From Tubulanus polymorphus (taxonomy: Eukaryota > Animalia > Nemertea), in contig NC_134025.1 of the NCBI RefSeq assembly GCF_964204645.1, forward strand, positions 14,880,001-14,944,000: a DNA stretch of 64,000 nt, in the 5' to 3' direction. The notes beneath the pieces are model-generated. The model made no database searches, was not told where the DNA came from, and saw nothing but the letters and a program-made list of their open reading frames with translations. Shown here one piece after another: positions 13,247 through 27,233 of this stretch. Both the position numbers and the translations under genes were made by a program. Within the stretch, counting starts at the first letter, position 1. Each line of letters opens with the position of its first letter.

Positions 13247-14370
13247 TTGGTTTTATCGCCAGCGACAATTCATTATTTTGGTTTTATCGCCTGCGACAAT
13301 TCATTATTTTGGTTTTATTGCCCGCAACAATTCATTAGTTTGGTTTTGTCGCCCGCGACAATTCAATATTTTGGTTTTGTCGCCCGCGACAATTCATTAT
13401 TTTGGTTTTATCGCCCGCGACATTTCATTATTTTGGTTTTGTCGACGCGACAATTCATTATTTTTGTTTTATCGCCCGCGACAATTTTCTTTTTTTTGTC
13501 GCGGTATTATCGCCAGCGACATTTCAATATTTTGGTTTTATCGCCTGCGACAATTCAATATTTTGGTTTTGGCGCCCGCGACAATTCATTATTTTGGTTT
13601 TATCGCCCGCGACATTTCATTATTTTGGTTTTGTCGACGCGACAATTTATTATTTTGGTTTTATCGCCCGCGACAATTTTTTTTTTTTGTCGCGGTTTTA
13701 TTGCCTGCGACATTTCAATATTTTGGTTTTATCGCCTGCGACAATTCAATATTTTGGTTTTATCACATGCGACAATTCAATATTTTGGTTTTATCGCCCG
13801 CGACAATTCATTATTTTGGTTTTATCGCCCGCAACAATTCATTAGTTTGGTTTTGTCGCCCGCGACAATTCAATATTTTGGTTATATCGCCTGCGACAAT
13901 TCAATATTTTGGTTTTATCGCCCCCGACAATTCATTATTTTGGTTTTATCGCCCGCGACAATTCAACATTTTGGTTTTGTCGCCCGCGACAATTCATTAT
14001 TTTGGTTTTATCGCCCGCGACAATTCATTATTTTGGTTTTATCGCCCGCGACAATTCATTATTTTGGTTTTGTCGCACGCGACAATTCATTATTTTAGTT
14101 TTATCGCCCGCGACAATTTTTTTTTTGTCGCGGTGTTTTCGCCTGGACACTTCAATATTTTGGTTTTATCGCCCGCGACAATTTTTTTTTTGTTGCGGTT
14201 TTTCCACCTGCGAAACTTCAATATTTTGGTTTTATCGCCTGCGACAATTCCTTATTTTGGTTTTATCGCCCGAAACAATTCATTAGTTTGGTTTCGTCGC
14301 CCGCGACAATTCAATATTTTGGTTTTGTCGCCCGCGACAATTCAAGATCTTGGTTTTTTCGCCCGCAGCT
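13247..14370. repeat. Minisatellite with a 31-bp unit TTTTGGTTTTATCGCCCGCGACAATTCA(T/A)TA
   Basis: More than 30 tandem copies are directly visible, and they explain the repetitive ORFs in three frames. Confidence 0.95.
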
Positions 14371-14454
14371 TTTGAATAATTAGGCCAATTAATAACGTAA
14401 TAAAGACTTATGCTTTCGCCTATTTTGAAGTCGATTAATCTGATATAGTACGGA

Positions 14455-15085
14455 AGCCATAAAGGGCCTCGAGTTGTCGCGTTCAAACTCGACAAGTCGC
14501 CATATTTATGTCGATATATCGCGATATATCGCGTCAAGTCCACATGAATATGTCTATATATCGTGAGGTTTTCACAACATATTTCGCTTTTTTGCTCATT
14601 TTCCACGGGACAAGCCGTCATTTGAAGACATGTCTAAATGTTAGATGAGGACGCTAGTAATATGACGACTGAGTTTCAAGTCGCCATGAATATGTCGACT
14701 TGTCGCGAGGAAAATGGTCGAGAAAACGAAATATGTTGTCAAAACGTCACGATATATCGACATATTCATGTCGACTTGACGCGATATATCGCGGTATGTC
14801 GACATAAATATGGCGACTTGTCGAGTTGGAACGCGACATCTCGAGGCCCCTTATCGCTTCCGTAGATATAGTGTCGAATATTAAGGTCATTTTGGCGGAT
14901 TCTTTTTTTTTTAAAGTGATATTAAAGCGATCATTCAAGTGATCCTACTTAATGAAAGATCTACTGAAGCGATAAAGGGCCTCGAGTTGTCGCGTTCCAA
15001 CTCGACAAGTCGCCATATTTATGTTGATATATCGCGATATATCGCATCAAGTCAACATAAATATGTTGACATATCGTGACGTTTT
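14455..15085. repeat. Three copies of a ~130-bp unit in forward-reverse-forward arrangement
   Basis: AAAGGGCCTCGAGTTGTCGCGTT..ACTCGACAAGTCGCCATATTTATG at ~14461 and ~14975, with the reverse complement at ~14730-14852. Confidence 0.8.
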
Positions 15086-16300
15086 GATGACTTGACTCAG
15101 TCGTCATATCACTGGCGTCCTCATCTTTCAGCAACGCCAGTCACATGGAGTCGTACGTGTTCTACTTTCTGCGACGCGACACGACTGTCACAACCAACCG
15201 ATGCCCTCTTGCGACTGGCAGAAACTAGTCGCACACAATCGTATTGCAACCGACTTGCACCGAAACTTGCGATGCAACGCGAGGATCGCATCGTGTCACA
15301 AGACCAACCTACGTCCGGCTTTAAGTTACTGCAGAGCACCAGAAATATCTTTTTTTTTCGTTCAAAAGACCTTTCGCTTAAAAATTCTTTTGTCGGAACA
15401 AAATTTATTTCGTTCGAACCAATAATATTCTATACAATTAAACCAATTTGAAAAAATCGTAAGAACAAAGTTGAACAAACTTTTTTTTGTCCAAACGAAA
15501 GGTTTTTCGTTCGAACAATCGTTCTATTGAACAGAATCTTTTTTAATTTGAACAGAATTTTCTTGTCAGAACATTAAGTTTTTTGTTCGAACAAGTATAT
15601 TGAAAAAAGTTTTTTCTCCGAACCGAAAGTATGAAGTATTTCGTTCAATCGAACAGAATTGTTTTCATTCAAACATTCGTTCGAAAAAATTGTTTTCGCT
15701 TGACCAAATTTTTTTGCCGGGACTAAAAATTTTTCATTTCAACAATAGCTTCAACATAGCTTTTTATTCGAACACATTTTTTGTCAGAATGAAGAAAATT
15801 TTTGGTTCAAGCAAAAAGCGTATTGTTCGATGAAACAGAATTATTTTCATTCGAACAAGATTTTCTTGTTGGAACATTAAGTTTTTTGGTCGAACAGCGT
15901 GTTAAGGTCGATTTGGAAATTTACTCGGTCTGATATATGTTGGATTACTGTGTATGTCATTTGTCAGGACATTAAACAGAAGACAACTTAGGATACTACC
16001 TTGCGTGACTCCACTAGTTTGACCGACTTATTCCAAGATGAGGCGCTCCGTTGATTTCGGCTACAAGTTTTCGTTCAGAGATAACTGCTGAGCCATTTGG
16101 GCAACCTATCATTGATACTGTTTCCTAATAGCCTGTTTAGTAATGGCTGATGTTGTGCCTTATCATATGCTTCGTCGAAATTCACCGTTGAACAGGATTC
16201 TAAGACTGTGCAGAAAACCCGTTAATGCTGCTTTGCAGCTATATTTTATTTTGATTTTCTAGGCCCCCCTGATTAATAATATGCAGAAATAAAGATATTT

Positions 16301-16441
16301 GGGTAAAAGTGCAGATCTGCACCTCTTGGTTCAATCAAGAACATTAAAATATCACTATTTCAGAAACAAAATGTCATCAGCAATTCAGTTCAGTGGTTTA
16401 TTTTATGATATCTTCACTTGAAAGTAGATTTTTAGCCTGGA
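16301..16441 (+). mobile_element. Truncated copy of the 1794-2003 MITE
   Basis: GGGTAAAAGTGCAGATCTGCACCTCT..AAAATGTCATCAGCAATTCA..TTTAGCCTGGA is shared with 1794-1947. Confidence 0.8.
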
Positions 16442-17089
16442 CTTTGCCTGAGATCGTCATGATTTTTGAACCAGACACCATGTTAGATAGGTATATCTAA
16501 AGTGAAGATTTGTTTAGAATATTTGCTGAAACAATGTTTTATGAACCACTCAATTTGAGGAAGAAAAATAAAAATTTCTTGTCAATTTCAATGAAAATAT
16601 CAGACAATTTGGCTAGCATTAATAACCGCGGTGACAATTGACAACAAGGTGCCCATGGGCACTGATATATTCAGCGCAGAAGTTAGTGAATTGAAGGAGT
16701 TAATCATTTCCACCATATTAGACCATACATTGGATTAGTAAGGTGTTCTATCAACTTATACTTGACATAAAAGGAATTGCATGTTATTAAAGTATACGGT
16801 AATTAGATTTTAAATGACAAACAGTTGTTTATACAAGGAAGAGAAGGTAAAAATGTAACCCATTTTAAGTAGGCCTAATAGATTTTGAAATGAAATACAT
16901 ATAACCATTATAAATTATAAGCCTCCTATAGGCCTAAATTATAAGGTTTCATAAAATCAAAAGCATCTCAGATATTATATTCATGTTTTTGTTGCTGAAG
17001 TTGAAATCAAATCTAGCTGTATCGGGAGATGAGAAAGTATTCTAAGTTCCATACAAACTCTGTCTGGATTTTCAGGATTCAAAGCCAAG

Positions 17090-17956
17090 ACCTAAGGCTA
17101 ACAAAACTGCTTCCTGGCTGTCAAATAAGTCGGCAGATGAGCGTACTCAACTGTTTGACAAAGCAAGGCAAAATTAACATTCCATCAATTTCAAGTTTAA
17201 AGAACGTAGGTTATCTATTCAAAGGCAAAAGTCTGCTCAGTTACTTGCAAAACAACAAGCCAAGATGGATGCAGAGGAACGTGTGTACACAAAAAAGGTC
17301 AGTGCTACTACCAATATGTCCACAAATTGTGGCACAATCTGGGTAAGTCAATCTGTGGTTGATGATGAACTTGATAAATTAGCCCAACATAAGGTAAAGG
17401 ATGCAGTTTAAAGTCAGATCAATTTTCATAAACATGTACTTAAGTCAAAAGGTCCAAAAGAGTTTTTATACCAGTCACTGACTGTTAATGGTCAATGCGT
17501 AGTTTTTGACGTTGACACTGGTGAGCAATTTAAAACAAATCATTGCACTCAATCCTATTCATGTCAACTCCGATGGGGATGTCACAATTCCTTCAACTTC
17601 AGCACCGACTCACAGTCAACATTACATCAGCAGACAACCATCATCAAGCAATGGCTGAACGAAGAGATTACTGTCTGCCAAACTGAGGGATACAAGAATG
17701 AACGTATTGTAGCCAACCAAAAACTAAAGCTACCCAAGTATCTCCCTAGATCCAGCAAGCCTAGTTGGCAAACAAGTAGAGCATCGCTTTTCTGATGATG
17801 GTGAGGTATAACGGTGAGGTAGTTGACATCAGCCACCTTCGAGATGATAACCCCACCAAATCTCTCTTTGACATCGTGTATGGAGGTGAGGATGATCGGT
17901 AAACTTTCGATCTCTTAGGTGACCTTAAAAAAGGTGACCTAATCATTAAGGATTGA
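17090..17956 (+). pseudogene. Decayed, probably transposon-derived ORF ending in a Spindlin (Spin/Ssty) Tudor-like repeat
   Basis: Manual translation gives NKTASWLSNKSADERTQLFDKARQ..SQINFHKHVL. At 17761-17956 it reads LVGKQVEHRF..GEVV..FDIVY..FDLLGDLKKGDLII, with stops and a frameshift. Confidence 0.55.
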
Positions 17957-20496
17957 GTGCCCACAATGAGACCTAAGAAAATCTGATTCTGCACGGGTTA
18001 TTATCATCATCATCATTCAAATTGGACCTTCTATTATCATTCGGTTTATGTATGTACTTGGAGTAACATAAAGGTGCAATCAAACTAGATATCGTATGAT
18101 CTGAAGTGGGGATTGCCCTACTCGAGCAGACGATATCTAATTTACATTGTGCTCATTTCACCATAATCCATGTTTTCTCTTCCACAAATAATTCTCTCAT
18201 CTCTTTTAGTATTCAAATTATATTTTTAAGAGGGTAATTGCAGGTATGGAATTAACCATTTCAGATCCCGGATGTCGTACCGGTACCATACACCAGTCGT
18301 CCTGGATGCACTGGTCGTCTTTTACCCCCTATAAAGTGTAGGTCTATAATCATTTTCTAACTCCTTGTACATGTATAACCTGTATGATAATGACTGAATT
18401 TCAGTGCTTCAACTAGCCAAAAATAGAGAGGCGGTCTGCCCCGCCCCCGAAAATAGCCGCCCTTGTGCCCTTCAGATGTGTCCCATGCTCGCCCTTGTGC
18501 CCTCATCACTTGCTGTAGGTCCACCCTCCTACCCTCGTCAGTCACAAGTAATGTCAGGGCTTTCAAAATAAGCCGTCACATCCGACTGTTAGTAAGAATC
18601 CTGCGACGGCTATGAAATATCTCCTATGATATCGATGATAGTAGCTCATGTGATCAGTGGTTATATTCAAATGTACTGCAGTCAGTGTGCATGTGTGAAA
18701 ACGTGCCTCAGATGCATGGCCTAGTTTTAGTTTCCAGGAAATTAGCTGTCTTCCAAACTACTGCCAATCATTCTAGCGACTGCCGTTGTAAAGCTGGTAG
18801 TGTATATTCGATGGATTGTTTCGTTTTGAACACATCGTTATACTCTGGATCTTGTTATCTAGGCTATTAGACGCATGGTGAAAAACTTTGTTCGGTGAAC
18901 TCACAGAGAGACTGGCAGAGACAATTAGTATGAGTAGCGTAATAGCAATAATGTGTTCTTAAGCTGGCTGCTTACCAATTATCTACAGTTACTTGCCAAT
19001 CACTAACACTATCAATTTAAATCAATTAATTTGATATTTCTAAGATTAAAAATATGCAATTTCATGTAGGCCTATACACTATTGCTGGCTTTTTTTTTGC
19101 TGTATCATTTGCTTTTTTCTGATATTTTTTTGTCTGCAACTGGTTTTCCAAATCATTTTGAAAGCCTTATCTATCATATTATTGACTAACTTTTGTTCAT
19201 TGACAGGCATAGGTGTAAGGATGTGCTGTGGTCAAGTGTGTCACCCATGGCAAAATCAGAGTTAAACATAGTTTCTAGTCCTCAATCGTAGTAGGGGGGT
19301 ACCTCGATTCTATGCAATAGGGAACATTGCAGGTTGCCCCCTGAGTGCGTTATTATGTGCCCTTGCTCCAATGGAATCACGCGCAATAATGCCCTTATTT
19401 GAAATCAGCACCCTGCCCTTTTTTAATGCTAGATGAAGCACTGGAATTTATGTATTTATTCCCGACATCCTATTGTCAAATATAACACCGAACTGGCCTT
19501 TTTTGTAGAAACTCGAAATGTATCTAAGGTGGGTAGATACATACTCAGAGTTTCTTAATTCACATGTACCATAGCAATGATATGTGGTTGTTTGGGTGTG
19601 GAGTGTATAAACTACCTGGGAGTATGGTGGGCTCCCACCGTGCTGCTCGGCAACCACAGTATATATAATTTGCTTTTTTTAACATCCTGAGTTCTGTGAT
19701 AAAGTGTAAGGTGCTCGTTTTCTAATTCAAAGTAACCCTGATCTAGTCAAACAAATTTTAAATGAAGGTAATTTATAACAAAGAAATTATGTTTTATGTA
19801 AATAGGATATCAGTTATTTATAGGCCTAGTTGTTATTGTTGTTTGTTAAGATTTGATAATATTTTATTGTTGTTGGCTCAAACTTAATCATTCTTTTAAT
19901 TAGAATTGGAATTGATCTAAATTAATAAGTGTTATGTTCAAATACTAAACTAGATTTTAATCACAGGTTGTTCGAAATGGACAAAACCTGGCAGGTCGGG
20001 AACATAACACATTTATAGAAGGCCTAACCTCTACCTGCACCACCAGAAACGACATGTTTATGGATGACTGTGAGGCATGTTGTTTCATAGGTAGCCATAC
20101 TGATGATTCTTGATAAGATCAAACATGTCTTCAGTTTTAAATGTGAAATTTTAACCCCAAAGCTCATTTATTGAATGGTGAATTATATAAAAAATGGTTA
20201 AAAATGGTTTTAATTCTTTCCTTGGGAGTAGGATCTAGTAAAAAGATGCTCCGAGATCTGAGTTGAGAAGGAAAATACCTTTAATTTAATACCTCACATG
20301 GCATACTTCCTCGAAAGAGAACTTTTTACGAAAAATATGAGTAAAACAAGATGGCCGCCAATACGTGGGCCTCATTCTAAAATATGTTTCAGGTTGATAT
20401 TTACAATAGATTGCCACATTTATAGATAAATCTAGCTCTTCAATATCTTGAATTTTACTGCTATTTGATAATACATTTCAGGTTTCTCTTATCGAT

Positions 20497-22978
20497 GAAA
20501 GTTTCAACAACTTCATTGATACCAATTATGGCAATTTAGGCTCCTGAAAGTATATCAAATGATTATTAAGAAATAAACATGCATTAGAAGGCTAGGAATA
20601 GCATTCAACAACCCATAAAATGTCTCCTTTTGGTAACAAACAAATTTGCAAGGCATTTTTGGCATTTTATTCCATGCGAATATGTTTATAAGCTCATAAC
20701 GGCTGTTTTCTACTTACCACGTGGTTACCATGGCCCATTAATAGACGGACGCCGGGCTCGCGCCCGGAGGACGTCCCTTTGGTAAATGCGTATATGTTGT
20801 TACTATGAAGTGTCTTCTTAACCGATTCTGACTAGCTGACAAAGTCAGAAAAAAAAGACATCACTTGACGTCCGGTTTGAAGCTCATGGGGAAATCGGAA
20901 ATAGAATTACGTCACGCTAAAATCTGGCAGCCCATTGACTAAAATACGGTAACTTATGGATCGGATTATTTCAGAATTTATTTATTTCATGAAATTTAGA
21001 ACAAGATTGGGTCGATGAATAGTTTAACAATGAACAGCATTGATCGAACGAGTTGAAAATAGCTGAAATTCCCTTAGCATCAGCGCTGAAATGCGTAATT
21101 ATTCTATCAAATCGAATGACTCTAAAACTGCGATGAGTCTTGTTGAGTTCTACGATTTTCTTGGAGTGGGTGATCACATACTGAAACCGGTTACCTCCGT
21201 CGCGTACCTCGGCAACACGCTCTCAAGTAACATGAAGTGGGACCTCCATATAAATTCTGCGGTGGCCTCAGCCTCAAGGACACTGGGCTTCCTAATACGG
21301 AATTTGAAATACGCCCCACATCAGTTGAATGCCACCGCGTACAAGTCGCTTGTCAGGTCCAAACTTGAGTACGCCTGCTCAGTGTGTGACCCGCACTTAG
21401 TGAAAGACGTGGACGCCCTCGAGAAAGTGCAGCGTCCCGCAGCCAGATTTGTGATGGCCGACTACATCGCGTAGTAAAATCATTCATAAAACCTGTCTAT
21501 CAATGCAAATGAGCTAAAATCTTTTGGAATCAACCAATAAGATCGATCTTTATCACTTGGGGGTTGGTTTAGCGTATAAATCCGCATTTAAGTCGAAGAA
21601 AATAGAAATCGAAAAATACCCTTTTTCAAGAGCAAAATTCGTCAGCTTAGGACCCGGAATAAGCGACGAATCATCAGGAATCAGAAGGTTTAGGATCTTA
21701 AAATTCAAATACTGAAGACTGCATGATTTTATTTCGTGTCGCGGCTGAGCGATCGCTGACGGAAAAGTCGATGTCTAAGTTTTGCGTTGAAGCGAGCGAT
21801 ACAAAATAGCATCCGGCACTTGTTATTGAATGACGACGCGCCGCGCTGCTCGTGATGAGATCAATATTCAACAATTATTCATCGGTCTAGCGGTGAGTTA
21901 GTGTATTTATTTTCCGATTCATAATTATTCATCACTATATTTCTGAATATTAGGACAGATTTAGCGAAATGATCGGCAAATTTTTTTGCGCGCGGAACGC
22001 CACTTCGCTCCCGTGGGTTAAGTGGCTGTTGAAAGAAGGAGGCGTCTAATGGGATGAATTGAGGCTTATGACGGGCAAAAATAGAGGCGCGTGATGGGAC
22101 AGCGAGGCTCCCGGGGGGATTTTCCAAAAGCAGCAAAATTGAAATATATATAAAACTAGCCGACTACCCGTCCGCCAGGATTATAATGAATCACTAAGGT
22201 GCGGATAAAAATAATATAATATATAATAATATGTAATATAATATCATATATATTCATTTACACTATAAGTCTGGCATTAGAAACAAATATCAAAGAAGAA
22301 AAAAAGTATTACAACATTTCGCTGTAAACTATGTTTTTGGTTTGTTTGGGTGAGTACTGGGTACCTACTCTGGAAAGGGAAACATAGTGCAAGCCATGTG
22401 TGAACGGAAGTCCAGTCCAATGTATCTGAATGTTTGGCCCTGTGCTTTGTTAACTGCATGTCATGGCAAAACAGGGGCGTAACTGGAATTACTCTCTCAT
22501 ACCTTTCAATCCAAAAACAATAACAGATCAGGCTATTAAATCTCGGTGATTCTTAGAAGAATGGATTGGCATGTTTTCCTTTTGGAAGTGGCCCTGTGGT
22601 GAGCTCGAATACATACAGTCTCCACTATTAGATTCCGGGCAGAGAGAGGAGGTCACCGGCGTCTCTGTAGTCAAAAGCCGAGCAACAGCTGATGCTCACC
22701 ATATCGCAGTAATCTCCACTACATGTATTAGATCCCCAGAATTGAGGTCACCCGCGTCGCAGTAGTCAAGCACACTATACAGAAACCGACGCTCAAATGT
22801 TTGTTTTGATCAGCGCGCGCAGTGACATCACGCGGAGCGTCCAAACTTAAATGGTCCAAAAGTCTACCTAAACTTTATCGTATCGGCACGAAATCGATTC
22901 TAAAACACAGATTAGACCACTAGACTTTCAGGAGCCTAAATTGCCATAATTGGTATCAATGAAGTTGTTGAAACTTTC
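20497..22978. mobile_element. Element bounded by perfect 55-bp inverted repeats
   Basis: 20497-20551 (GAAAGTTTCAACAACTTCATTGATACC..CTGAAAGT) is the exact reverse complement of 22924-22978. Confidence 0.7.
21160..21470 (+). pseudogene. CR1/L2-type LINE ORF2 fragment (post-RT region)
   Basis: YLG..LSSNMKWDLHI..ASRTLGFLIRNL..AYKSLVRSKLEYA.SV.DP..LEKVQR.AARFV. Confidence 0.85.
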
Positions 22979-23799
22979 CATTTTTTTCGTAATTCATTTT
23001 TTGAACATATGATTTTATTTGTATATTCCTCTCTCATATACCCTTAAAAACAAATTAAGCCTAAAAGACAAATTTATTTTTTTGTCTTGTCTTTTCTACA
23101 AAATCAAAGATTTATGAACGCACCAGAATGTTTTATAATCGCAAATGTAAAGAATTCTAGGACTGGCACTATATTTTAGTATTAATGGATTTAATCCATG
23201 ATGATGTTATATGAATGAATAGTTTTCCATTTTGTTGAGCGTAATATAATTTAGGGGATTCTTAGCATCTCAAAAACTTTGATTTTTTATTCACAGAACT
23301 GTATTCAAAGCATACAGAGTTCTGTACACAAAGCATATAGGGTTTAACAGTACCTTTGAACCTGTCACGTATCACTGCAAATCTTTAACAGATGCTGCTA
23401 TTTTGAACAGGAAATAACCATGCCATCTCAAAATGGTCACTTTTCAATAGTTGACTTTTAGAAACGATGTGTTTTGAGAGTAGCTGCTATGGTAGGAGTT
23501 ACTATCACAAAGTCACTGTTAACAGGCGGGTGGTTTTACAGTCACCTCTACTGCTAGTGTGCACTATCGAAACCAGATGTTTCAAAATGGTCACTTTTTA
23601 ATAGTCGACTCTTCGAAACAGCCACTATAGAAAACCAACTAAATTGAAAGGAATACTATTCCAGAGTGACTGTTTTGCAATGTATACTACTGGAAAAGTG
23701 GCTGATATCGTTAATTGCTTATTGTTCTCAAGTGGCTACTAAGTAAAAGTAGACGTTTGGGCCCAAAAGTGCGATAGACATGTTCTTGGATTCAGCCTT

Positions 23800-26700
23800 T
23801 CATGCGCATTAGAAGGACTTCAACCAATGCACATCTGGAACATGGATGAAACGGGCCTGCAGTTTTCCCATGTCCCTGGGAAAATAGTTGCTAGGTGTGA
23901 AAATTGAACATTAGCTCAATGATAATTCTAGACATTGTGTCAATAGATAGGCTAATATTCCTCATTGCAATATGTAGATTTAAAGTATAGGCCTACATAC
24001 CTACCCGTACATTTTGTCACTATCATGCTTGATTTTTAACCAATTTCTTAGTCAAATCTTGAACTGTCAGCAAAAAAACTAAGATATTTTATCAATTGTG
24101 ACATTTATTATCATAGTTCCTCAAGCTTCACGCACGCCATTGAACATACTTTTGATAAAAATATTTTTCAATTTACTTAATTCTTGGTTGAAATTTTAAT
24201 GGAATCAATGACCCTTTGAATCAAATACAGCTGTAAACGTGTCATAACTTTAAAATTGCACACCAAGTCCGCTGAAAATATAAAACAGATATCTCACAAA
24301 GGTATGATAATAAGATTAAGAATTGCATTTCATTCACAGAAAGGGAAGCAGATATGTCCAGTCCCGTATAAGTGGGAATCGAGAGACTATTACCATTATG
24401 GCTTGCGGGAATGCGGCAGGGCAGATGCTAGCACCGAATGTGATTTTCAAAGGGAAGACTGCCGCATCCCTGCAGTCTGTTGATTCAAACCGAGCGCCTC
24501 CCGGAACCACAGTGTCTGTATCTGAAAGTGGATGGACAAAGCAGGTTACAAATAATAGGCTATACATAATCAGGAATCAACAACTTACTTTTAATCTATC
24601 TGACTGTTCATAATTTTTATCATAATAGGGAATCGCAACACTGTTGTTTAAGAAGAGCTTTTTGCCAGAATTATTAATAAGAGTTGCTTTTTCGAGATTT
24701 TTACACCAACCTGGCAAAGCATCTCACCTGAGCACTTGATAAATGGATTTAGGTCGTGCGGAATATATCCATTTGATCCAGCAATGATACCACCAGAGGC
24801 ATTTCTGCCTTCTACAACCACTGTTACAGCAGTCGTAGCTGATGAAGTGAGTTATATTCTACCTGTGTCATATCATCTTGCCAAGTTCTTATATAAATAT
24901 AATGATGTTTGTATCTCAGATTGCCGATCCTACACCATCTAGTGAAATTCCTTTGTCAGAATCAACTAAGGTATTAATTTTCACTCTAAAACATATTGAA
25001 TGCAAACGTAAAAAATTATTTGAAATATTGCGCAATAACATTGTACTGTAACCTTGATAACTATCTAGAATCAATCAACGAGCGAAAATCTCAGGTGTGG
25101 AACAAAAATCTCTTTATAAATTAGGTTCATTGTTTGTTTGTTAGTATTATAATTTTACTTGTGTTGGAATAACAGATTGGTTCTAATGCGTTGTTTGTTG
25201 TTACTTAATAATCTTAATGGTTTTACATTTCAGTTCTCAAGTCAAAGCACGATATATCCTTTTCAAATGATAATAGCAGATTTCAATGATACTTACCATT
25301 ATCTGATGCCATGTTTCGATTTTTTAATTGTTTTGTAATTTTCTAAATTATAAAAACAGAAGTAATTCATGTTGTTTCTGATTTACATTGTAGGCATTGC
25401 CGATAACTGTCAATGGCCCAAATTGCCTAGCTTTACATGCAATGGAAGCTGCAATATCAACTGAAATGAAAACAAAATTTGAACAGCGTTTCGCTGAGGG
25501 CTTCGATGTAACGAGTGACGCACTTTATCAAGCTTGGAAGATATTGAAAACCAAGGCGTCATCTGAACACAATAATAACTTTCCTATCAAAAATAATTCA
25601 TCCCCAGGTAAGAATTAAATAAGATATTATTTAAAACCAAAATTGTTGAAGTGAATTCTTGCCAATTGATTTTTGCATACTTAGCTGATGCAGACAATGA
25701 TATACTTGATTACCCTGTTGTGGTGCAAACTGAAAAAAAGCGGAAATGTGATGAGAAGCAGTATTTTATACTGACGGCTCATGACGCATATGCAAATGCT
25801 GTTTCGAAACGCAAGATAAAAGATCAAAACGCAAGATAAAAGATCAAAAAGAAAAGGAAAAACTTGAAAAAAGAAATGTTTGACAACGGTAAGAACAGTT
25901 CTACAATTTATATCAAACAGTAAAAAGAAAATATTATTAAGAAAGTAATTCACTTTATAATAACTCTTGTAGGCTTCAACAAGACCAGAAAATGAAACTG
26001 GTTCCATTAATCCTGTAAGTTGAAATGAATCTCTTGAAATAAATGGAAGTAAATCTTATGAAAATCATGTTCATATTTTGTATGACTCTATTATTGTATA
26101 GGCTCCATCAACACCAGACGAGGAACAATTAGCCGTAGTTCATGTGAGTAAAAAAATATGTTATATGTGTTCACTTTCGTCAGTTTATTTGTAATATGAG
26201 TAACTGAGGTACCCGGTAACCGGTAGGCTAAAAATTATATATAAGTTTATCGAACAAAAATTAAACCGTTTAATTAAAATTTCATATCGAGAATGGCTAT
26301 AATGTGTAATTCTGAATTTCAGGATCCTGTGCCTGAGACCAGTGGTGTCAACATGGTTTTCGAAATCAACATAAGGTAAATTACTTGCTGCGCTTCTAAA
26401 TATAAAATATAAATATCTAGTCACTAGTGATGAATAATTTATTTGTACCGGGGTACTTACTTTGTAGTGAAGGTTCATATATTGCCCTTTATCAGGAAGG
26501 TGAGAAGCGCAGGAAACACTTATACTTCGGAGTGGTATGTATTAATCGGCTCAATTATTTTATCTGAAAGGAAATATACAATTCATGTGATTGTTATGTT
26601 TAACTGCTTGCAGATTCTAGAGATATTGGACTTCGGAGAATTAATATCCGTTCAGTTTCTTGAACAACACTGCAAGAAGAATTTATTCGTTTGGCCCGAT

Positions 26701-26838
26701 GTGGATATTATCGAAGAGCATCCCGTTGAGAACGTATTGAACAACTTGAAACCGCCTGAGGTGGTAAATACGAGGATGCAGATGGCATTTCAAGTTGATG
26801 AATATTCAAAGACTTGCGATTTGTTCGCTTGTATGTAA
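23800..26838 (+). pseudogene. Multi-exon pogo-family (DDE_1) transposase with an internal deletion
   Basis: IWNMDETG (first Asp), ETITIMACGNAAG..P.VIFKGK, SESGW and INGFRSCGIYP lie on AG/GT-bounded exons. The segments carrying the second and third catalytic Asp are missing near 24667. Confidence 0.85.
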
Positions 26839-26899
26839 TAGGCTTACTACATTTTGTTACGTAGGGAGGCCTTAAAGTTGTATTGCTATTGTATTGTAT

Positions 26900-27072
26900 A
26901 TACGTGTGTGTGTGTGTGCTTGCGTGCGTATTTATGTATGCGTGTATGTATTTACCAAGTATTTATGTATATATTTATGTATGTGTGTGAGTGTGTGTGA
27001 GTGTGTGTGAGTGTGTGTGCGAGTGTGAGTGAGTGTGAGTGAGTGTGTGTGAGTGTGTGTGTGTGAGTGTGT

Positions 27073-27103
<31 letters not shown>

Positions 27104-27198
27104 AGTGTGTGTGTGAGTGTGTGTGTGAGTGTGTGTGAGTGTGTGTGTGAGTGTGTGTGTGTGAGTGTGTGTGTGAGTGTGTGTGTGTGTGTGTGTGA

Positions 27199-27233
<35 letters not shown>

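Larger units (their letters stand above)
11521..16245 (+). mobile_element. Helentron/DINE-1-type non-autonomous element (long version)
   Basis: 5' end TTAGGGTTTTCTG..CAGAAAACCCTA followed by an (ATT)n run. 3' end CAGAAAACCC plus the stem-loop GCTGC-TTT-GCAGC-TATATT. The ends match the copies at 44181 and 59635. Confidence 0.75.
11014..16303. mobile_element. Non-autonomous DNA transposon defined by ~44-bp imperfect inverted repeats, hosting nested inserts
   Basis: CCCAAATATTTTAATTTCTGCATATTTATTATCAGGGAGGTCTA (11014-11057) versus TAGGCCCCCCTGATTAATAATATGCAGAAATAAAGATATTTGGG (16260-16303). Confidence 0.55.

Noticed and set aside
13247-14375. Long ORFs (283 and 365 aa) and a CRISPR-like look
   Set aside because: They are translations of a 31-bp tandem repeat. 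There are no unique spacers and no cas genes.
18600-18740. Possible PHD finger remnant
   Set aside because: The Cys/His spacing could not be reconstructed.
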